A stretch of DNA of 64,000 bases from Alphaproteobacteria bacterium (GTDB taxonomy: Bacteria > Pseudomonadota > Alphaproteobacteria > GCA-2731375), in contig CBDDPY010000002.1 of assembly GCA_965232515.1 (NCBI GenBank), positions 544,001 through 608,000 of the forward strand, given 5' to 3'. Below, one piece after another: positions 57,934 through 64,000 of the stretch. Made by a program: the position numbers and the translations under genes. Every line of letters begins with the position of its first letter. The stretch's first letter is position 1. Under the pieces are notes generated by a model. The model was not told the origin of the DNA, did no database searches, and saw only the letters and a program-made list of their open reading frames with translations.

Positions 57934-58824
57934 ATGCTGCCAAGCCATGGCCGCTATGAATATTCGGCGATCACCAACAGGCCGGACTATGAATGGCCGA
58001 ACGGCAAACGGCTGGCGGTCTATCTGGCGCTGAATGTCGAGCAGTTCGGGTTCGGCTATGGCAAGGGCGCGGCGATCGCGCCGCCCGACCAGGCGCAAAG
58101 CCACAGCGTCTATGCCTGGCGCGACTACGGCAACCGGGTCGGATTCTGGCGGCTGATGGAGTTGTTCGACGAACTCGACCTGCCGATCGAGGCTCAACTG
58201 AACGCCGAGATCTACACGCATTGTCCCGATATCGCCGAGGCGCTGCGTGCGCGGGGCGACGAGGTTGTCGGCCATGGCCTGACCAACTCGGAAGAACAGG
58301 GACAAATGCGCTCGGAGTTTGAGGCCGATGTCATCGCCCGGTCGACGGCAGAGATAGAGAAACATGAGGGCGCCAAGCCGGTGGGCTGGATGAGCCCATG
58401 GCTGTCGGAGAGTGACGTCACGCTCGACCTGCTGAAGGAGGCGGGCTATCGCTATGTCATGGACTGGGCCTGCGACGATCAGCCGATCTGGCTGTCGACG
58501 CGGGCGGGGCCGATCCTGGCGATGCCCTATCCGGTCGAGATCAACGACAACCGCGCCATCGTCTGGATGCGCCGCACGCCGGCCGAGTTCGCCGACATGA
58601 TCACCGACAACTTCGATGAGATGCTGGCGCAGTCGGCGCGTCAGCCGTTGGTCTATGGCATTTCATTGCACACATTCGTCGTCGGCCAACCATTTCGCCT
58701 GAAGCATCTGCGCCGCGCTCTGCAATACATCGCCGACCGTCGCGATCAGATCTGGCTGACCCGACCGCGCGATATCTGCGCCCATATCGAGTCGTTGCCG
58801 GCCGGCACCGTGCCTGGCGGTTGA
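57934..58824 (+). CDS. Polysaccharide deacetylase family (PuuE-like) protein
   Basis: WPNGKRLAVY, WRDYGNRVG.WR, VGHG, GWMSPWL, DDQP, SLHTFVVGQPFR. Confidence 0.9.
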   Translation: MLPSHGRYEYSAITNRPDYEWPNGKRLAVYLALNVEQFGFGYGKGAAIAPPDQAQSHSVYAWRDYGNRVGFWRLMELFDELDLPIEAQLNAEIYTHCPDIAEALRARGDEVVGHGLTNSEEQGQMRSEFEADVIARSTAEIEKHEGAKPVGWMSPWLSESDVTLDLLKEAGYRYVMDWACDDQPIWLSTRAGPILAMPYPVEINDNRAIVWMRRTPAEFADMITDNFDEMLAQSARQPLVYGISLHTFVVGQPFRLKHLRRALQYIADRRDQIWLTRPRDICAHIESLPAGTVPGG

Positions 58825-58889
58825 CGGCCCGAGCTTGTGCCCCGCGTGGCGTGACCCCAAAATAGGCGGGCCATATAGGGGAGGCGTCT

Positions 58890-59993
58890 ATGCCGAAGCG
58901 GCCGATCTCGGCGGACTCGCACATTACCGAGCCGCCGAACTGCTATAGCGACAACATCGATCCGAAGTACCGCGACACCGCGCCGAAAATGGTGCGCGAC
59001 GAAAAGCGCGGCGACACCTTCTATATCGACGGCATCGACACGCCCGTTCCCATGGGGCTGGTGGCGGCGGCCGGCAAGCGGCCGGAAGACATCCGCATTG
59101 GCGGCGCCATCTTCGACGACCTGCATCGGGGCGGCTGGGATCCGTCCTGCCGGATCGCCGATCAGGAGCGCGACGGAATTGCCGCAGAGCTGATCTATCC
59201 AACTGTCGGTATGCTGATCTGCAACCATCCCGACTTTGACTACAAGAAAGCCTGCATGGACGCCTATAACCGCTGGCTGCAGGGCTATTGCGAGGCGGCG
59301 CCGGAACGGTTGTTCGGCCTCGGCCAGGCGGCGATCCGCTCGCCCGAGGAAGGCATCGAGGAATTCCGGCAGATCAAGGAAATGGGTTTCAAGGGCGTGA
59401 TGATGCCCGGGAACCCGCAGCAGGAAGACTATGACAGCGCGATCTACGACCCGCTCTGGGAGGCCGCGGTCGACCTCGACCTGCCGCTGTCGTTTCATAT
59501 CCTGACATCGAACCAGGACAGCCTGACTAAGCAGCGCGGCGACAAGATCAACGGCTTCGTCTCGATCATCCGCGGCTGCCAGGACATCATGGGCATGTTC
59601 GTGTTCGGCGGCGTGTTCGAGCGCCATCCGGATTTAAAAGTCGTCTGCGTCGAGGCCGACGCCGGCTGGGTGCCGCACTACCTCTACCGCATGGACCACG
59701 CCTATAAGCGGCACCGGTTCTGGATGAAGGGCCGCGAGTTGAAGAAGCTGCCGAGCGAGTATTTCAAGGAAAACATCTATCTGACCTTCCAGGACGACTG
59801 GGTCGCGTTCCAGATGAAGGACATGTGCAACGTGCGTCGGCTGATGTGGGCGAACGATTTCCCGCACAGCGATTCCACCTGGCCGCACAGCCAGGAACTG
59901 CTGGCCGAGCACACATCAGGGCTGAGCGAGCAGGAACGCGACTGGATCTGTCACGACAACGTGGCCGAGCTGTACCGGCTTAACGTCGCCTGA
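58890..59993 (+). CDS. Amidohydrolase family 2 protein
   Basis: ISADSHITEP, DGIAAELIYPT, AYNRWL, LSFHI, FERHPDLK, MWANDFPH. Confidence 0.9.
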   Translation: MPKRPISADSHITEPPNCYSDNIDPKYRDTAPKMVRDEKRGDTFYIDGIDTPVPMGLVAAAGKRPEDIRIGGAIFDDLHRGGWDPSCRIADQERDGIAAELIYPTVGMLICNHPDFDYKKACMDAYNRWLQGYCEAAPERLFGLGQAAIRSPEEGIEEFRQIKEMGFKGVMMPGNPQQEDYDSAIYDPLWEAAVDLDLPLSFHILTSNQDSLTKQRGDKINGFVSIIRGCQDIMGMFVFGGVFERHPDLKVVCVEADAGWVPHYLYRMDHAYKRHRFWMKGRELKKLPSEYFKENIYLTFQDDWVAFQMKDMCNVRRLMWANDFPHSDSTWPHSQELLAEHTSGLSEQERDWICHDNVAELYRLNVA

Positions 59994-60010
59994 GTAAGTG
60001 GAGTAGCGGC

Positions 60011-61705
60011 ATGCATTACGACCTGAAGATCGCCGGCGGCACCATTGTCGACGGCACGGGCAAGCCCGGCTATGTCGGTGACATCGGCATTCATGACGGC
60101 AAGATCGTCGCTGTCGGCGCGGCGCCGATCGACGCCGAACAGACCATCGACGCCACCGGTCTGGTGGTGGCGCCCGGCTTCGTCGACATCCACACCCATT
60201 ACGACGCCCAGATCCTCTGGGACCGCATGCTGACGATTTCGCCATGGCACGGTGTCACCACCGTCGTGATGGGCAACTGCGGCTTCGGCGTCGCGCCGAC
60301 GCGGGCCGACCACCGCAACATGATCCTGCGCACGCTGGAAAAGGTCGAGGGCATGAGCCTGTCGGCGCTGGAGGCAGGCCTCGGCAACGACTGGCCGTTC
60401 GAGACCTTTCCCGAATACATGGACGCGCTCGAGCACCGGGGTATGGCGGTCAACGTCGGCGTGCTTGCCGGGCATACGCCGATCCGTACTTACGTGATGG
60501 GCGAGGACGCGGTCACCCGTTCGGAGGCCAACGCCGAGGAGATCGGCGCCATGCAGGCGATCGTCGCCGAGGCCATGGAGGCCGGCGCGCTCGGCTTCGC
60601 CACCTCGCACGCGGCGACGCATCACGGCTATGACGGCAATCCCGTGCCGAGCCGCCTCGCGCCGTTCGAGGAAATCGATGCCCTGGTCGGCGCCATGGCC
60701 GAGAGCGGGCGGGGCATCATGCAGGCCACGATCGGCCGCAGCCTGCTGCATGACGAGTTCATCGCGTTGGCGAAGACGCATGGCGTACCGATTACCTGGA
60801 CGGCGCTGCTGTCCGGCCTGTCCGGGCCCGGCTCGCACCGCAAGCACCTCGACCGCACGCAGGCCTGCGTCGACCAGGGCCTGCGCATCGTGCCGCAGGT
60901 CGCCTGCCGGCCGATCATGTTCGACTTCGATTTCGACGAGCCGTTCCCCTTCGAGATGCGGCCGCTGTTTGCGCCGACCATGAAGACGGACCGGGACGGA
61001 CGTCGGACGATCTATGCAGATGCCGATTTCCGCCGCGCTTTCCGCGAGGACGTGGCTGTCGGCGCCAAGACGCCGCTCGCCGGCTGGGCCGAGCGCGCGG
61101 TGATCTCACTATCGCCGTCCGACCGGACGCTGGAGGAACGGCCGCTGACGCAAGTCGCCGCCGAGCGCGGCGTGAACGCTTCCGATCTGGCGCTCGACCT
61201 CAGCCTGGAGACCGACTTCGAGGCGCGCTTCCGCTTCGCGATCCTGAACAATGACGAAGCCGAGGTGGAAGAACTGCTGCTGGACGACAACACGGTGGTG
61301 GCGCTGTCGGATGCCGGCGCGCATGCCAGCCAGCTCTGCGATGCCTGCTACTCGACTTATCTGCTGGGGCATTGGGTGCGCGAAAAGAAGGCCATGGGCG
61401 TGGAGCAGGCCGTCGCCAAGCTGACGTCAGAACCGGCCGATTTGTTCGGCATCAGTGACCGTGGGCGCCTGGCCGAAGGCCTCGCCGCCGACATTGTCGT
61501 GTTCGACCCCGAAACGGTCGGTGCCGGTGGTCTGCAACGCGTCCATGACTTTCCGGCGGGTGCCGATCGCTTGGTCTCGGAAGCCAGCGGCATCGCAGCC
61601 GTGGTCGTCAACGGCACGGTGATCCGGCAGGACGGCAACGACGCCGTGGATACAACCGGCGATTTGCCCGGCCGTCTGCTGCGCGGTGGACAGGCCGGCG
61701 CCTAG
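60011..61705 (+). CDS. N-acyl-D-amino-acid deacylase family protein
   Basis: GGTIVDGTG, APGFVDIHTHYD, GVTTVVMGNCG, SDAGAH, RGRL..G.AADIVVFDP. Confidence 0.9.
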   Translation: MHYDLKIAGGTIVDGTGKPGYVGDIGIHDGKIVAVGAAPIDAEQTIDATGLVVAPGFVDIHTHYDAQILWDRMLTISPWHGVTTVVMGNCGFGVAPTRADHRNMILRTLEKVEGMSLSALEAGLGNDWPFETFPEYMDALEHRGMAVNVGVLAGHTPIRTYVMGEDAVTRSEANAEEIGAMQAIVAEAMEAGALGFATSHAATHHGYDGNPVPSRLAPFEEIDALVGAMAESGRGIMQATIGRSLLHDEFIALAKTHGVPITWTALLSGLSGPGSHRKHLDRTQACVDQGLRIVPQVACRPIMFDFDFDEPFPFEMRPLFAPTMKTDRDGRRTIYADADFRRAFREDVAVGAKTPLAGWAERAVISLSPSDRTLEERPLTQVAAERGVNASDLALDLSLETDFEARFRFAILNNDEAEVEELLLDDNTVVALSDAGAHASQLCDACYSTYLLGHWVREKKAMGVEQAVAKLTSEPADLFGISDRGRLAEGLAADIVVFDPETVGAGGLQRVHDFPAGADRLVSEASGIAAVVVNGTVIRQDGNDAVDTTGDLPGRLLRGGQAGA

Positions 61706-62742
61706 TCCGGCTCCAGCATCACCTTGATCTGGTCGCTCGGCCGCTTCAGGGCTTCGAAGGCGTCAGGGAAGGCGTCGAAGCCGACGCTGTCGGTGATCAT
61801 GCCCGACACGTCGATGCGCTCTCGGCCCAGCATCTCGATGACGATCTCGAAGTCGCGACGGCGGTAGATGAAAACAAAAGTGATATCGAGTTCCTTGGTG
61901 ATCGCTGTCGCCGGAAATATCTGATCGGCCAGCATGCAGAGGCCGACGACGACCACGCGTGCATCGGGCGGCGCATAGTCGATGGCAAGCTGCAGGCTGC
62001 CGGGCAAGCCGACGCAATCGAAGACGATTTGCGGCGGACCGACACATAGTTTCGCCGTGCGCGCCGCGACGTCCTCTCGGCCGGCATCGATCACTGCCGT
62101 CGCACCGAAATCGATGGCGCGTTCGGCCCGGGCCGAAATCAGATCGCTGACGACGATGTGGCGCGCGCCGAAAAACCGGCACCAGATGGCGACGGCAAGG
62201 CCGACGGGACCGGCGCCGATAATCAGCACGGCATCGCCGGCAGATAGGCGCGCTTTGTTGACGGCGTTCAGACCGACGGCCAATGGCTCCACCAGGGCGC
62301 CCTCATGGAAACTCACTGAGTCGGGCAGGGCCAGGGTCTCGCTGGCGCCGATGCGGGTGTATTCGGCATAAGCGCCCGTTACGTCCGACGTCGTCCGTGG
62401 CAGCACGTCGGGACAGCGATAAGAGCGGCCGGCGAGGCAGGCGGCGCAGCGGCCGCAGCCGATGAACGGTTGCGCGCAGACCCGCGTACCTGTCTTCCAT
62501 TGCCCGGCGAGATCCCGGCCCACCGCAACGACTTCGCCGGCGAATTCGTGCCCCATGACGTTGCCGGGCTTCAGCTTGCGCCAGCCGACGTTCGTATCCG
62601 GACTTTCCGACCAGTGCAGGTCCGTGCCGCAAATACCGCAGCTCTTGACCTGAAGAACCAGTTCCTCCGGCCCCGGTTCCGGGTCGGGCACATTCTCGAT
62701 GACGAGCGGCTGTCCCGCCGCCTTGAACACCGCTGCCTTCAT
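61702..62742 (-). CDS. Zn-dependent alcohol dehydrogenase (MDR family)
   Basis: CGICGTDLH, GHEFAG, CGRCAAC...C, ALVEPL, GAGPVG. Confidence 0.93.
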   Translation of the reverse strand: MKAAVFKAAGQPLVIENVPDPEPGPEELVLQVKSCGICGTDLHWSESPDTNVGWRKLKPGNVMGHEFAGEVVAVGRDLAGQWKTGTRVCAQPFIGCGRCAACLAGRSYRCPDVLPRTTSDVTGAYAEYTRIGASETLALPDSVSFHEGALVEPLAVGLNAVNKARLSAGDAVLIIGAGPVGLAVAIWCRFFGARHIVVSDLISARAERAIDFGATAVIDAGREDVAARTAKLCVGPPQIVFDCVGLPGSLQLAIDYAPPDARVVVVGLCMLADQIFPATAITKELDITFVFIYRRRDFEIVIEMLGRERIDVSGMITDSVGFDAFPDAFEALKRPSDQIKVMLEPD

Positions 62743-62911
62743 CTTGATCGTCTCGTGCTGCTTCGGTGGTTCATCGTGCAGAAACGACCGATCTCTCGCA
62801 ACGGTCCGGCGTTGGTCGTTGGGGACGCCGGCGTGATTTGTTTCGTTTCCGACCCACCCCTATAGTCATGAGGCAGACCATTCGTGCCAATCCAAGCATG
62901 GGGAGGTCCAC

Positions 62912-63127
62912 ATGTCGGAGAGCGTCTACAAGGTCGTTGAATTGGTGGGTACGAGTGCCGAGTCCTGGGAGAAGGCGGCTGCCGCGGCGGTCAATCGGGC
63001 GAGCGAGAGTTTGCGGGATCTGCGCATCGCCGAGGTCGCCGAACTGGACATGCAGATCGAAGAAGGCCGCATCGTCGCCTACCGCGCGAAGGTCAAGGTC
63101 TCGTTCAAGTACGAAGGCGGCGGCTGA
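62912..63127 (+). CDS. Dodecin family flavin-binding protein
   Basis: SVYKVVELVGTSAESWEKAA, YRAKVKVSFKYE; GGAGG RBS. Confidence 0.93.
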   Translation: MSESVYKVVELVGTSAESWEKAAAAAVNRASESLRDLRIAEVAELDMQIEEGRIVAYRAKVKVSFKYEGGG

Positions 63128-63534
63128 GCCGCCGTTCGTCGCCGCCGACTTGATTTTCGGATCCAGCGCGGCGGCACCGAACCAAAGTATGAACACTTAA
63201 ACGGCCGTTGTCGCCGCAGATCGAGTGGCGCTGGTCGGCCCAGCCGTAGCTGTGCTCGCACGGGGCGCACGACCTGCGTCGCCGCCGATTACATCAACAT
63301 TTACGAACACCCCCTATTCGCAATCGTTCGTTGTGCCGTCCTTGGCGTCTGAATAATCCCAGGCGCGTATTTGTCGTGGCCGTCCGGGGGGCCAAACAGT
63401 GGGCCGCGAACGTCTCACCCGCATCTCCGGATTCCGGCAAAGCATTGTCGTACGCGTCGGGTCGGATCGTTCCAACTTGGTTCGACGGTGACGCCAGCGC
63501 GCACGAAAAAAAGAAGAAAAAGGAGAAATCAAGA

Positions 63535-64000
63535 ATGCATGTTTTCACGAAACACTGGCGGCGGCTGATGCCTTGGCTGTTTCTGCTGATTGGCATGACC
63601 AGCGTCGCAGTGGCAACGCCTGTCAAAGCGATTCCGCTGGCGCCCGGCGAAACGCTGCGTGTCCGTTTCGAGCAGCCATCGTCGCCGAACTTCCCCAATC
63701 CGGGCATTCCGCCCGACAACCCCTTCAACATCGCCAACATGCTGTTCGGCACGCTTGACGTGACGGCCGCCTTCGGTCCTGTTTCCGCGTTGTTCGAGCT
63801 GTTCGACGGCGCAGACTTTCTCGGCAGCTATACGCTGGATTTCGCCACGCCTTTCACGTCCTTCGCCTTCGTCGCCCCCGGCAATCCCTACACGTTCAGG
63901 GCCGGCGCCGTATCGGATCTGAGCACGCTCGAAGACGCCACGATCGACGGCCTGATCGAAATCACCAACACCAGCGCGATAACCTTCGATTTCAATGTCC
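63535..64000 (+). CDS. Secreted protein, partial (runs off window end); possibly PEP-CTERM type
   Basis: AAGGAG RBS; MHVFTKHWRRLMPWLFLLIGMTSVAVATPVKA-IPLAPG..., open to 64000; not in the ORF track because it has no stop in the window. Confidence 0.7.
   Translation, partial: MHVFTKHWRRLMPWLFLLIGMTSVAVATPVKAIPLAPGETLRVRFEQPSSPNFPNPGIPPDNPFNIANMLFGTLDVTAAFGPVSALFELFDGADFLGSYTLDFATPFTSFAFVAPGNPYTFRAGAVSDLSTLEDATIDGLIEITNTSAITFDFNV

Overview
GC-rich alphaproteobacterial chromosomal window (Rhodospirillales-like by gene content; inference) with about 66 protein genes. I saw no rRNA, tRNA, CRISPR array, integrase or transposase. Core or common genes include NAD kinase, moaA, kynA, mlaC, dodecin, a DUF899-SRPBCC-ArsR operon and a PepSY/response regulator/histidine kinase locus. 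Most of the rest is catabolic: (i) a cobalt nitrile-hydratase-family enzyme with the split-beta, thiocyanate-hydrolase-type gene layout, divergent from a DddP-like M24 enzyme; (ii) a peptide ABC transporter flanked by four metallo-amidohydrolases and a threonine-synthase-like enzyme; (iii) an opine dehydrogenase / 3-hydroxyacyl-CoA dehydrogenase / thiolase / IorAB-type oxidoreductase cluster. Non-coding signals read from the sequence: an FNR/FixK-box promoter driving an ORF-less multi-hairpin RNA with C-rich loops (about 34437-34628), a TTCA-N7-TTCA-N12-(-10) promoter architecture seen four times (one copy points into an ORF-less, terminated unit at about 10490-10840), twin ArsR operators, and an ECF-type promoter upstream of a fasciclin gene. 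One clear single-base frameshift lies at about 43465. Family calls are motif recognition by eye with no database searches, and several start codons are best guesses.
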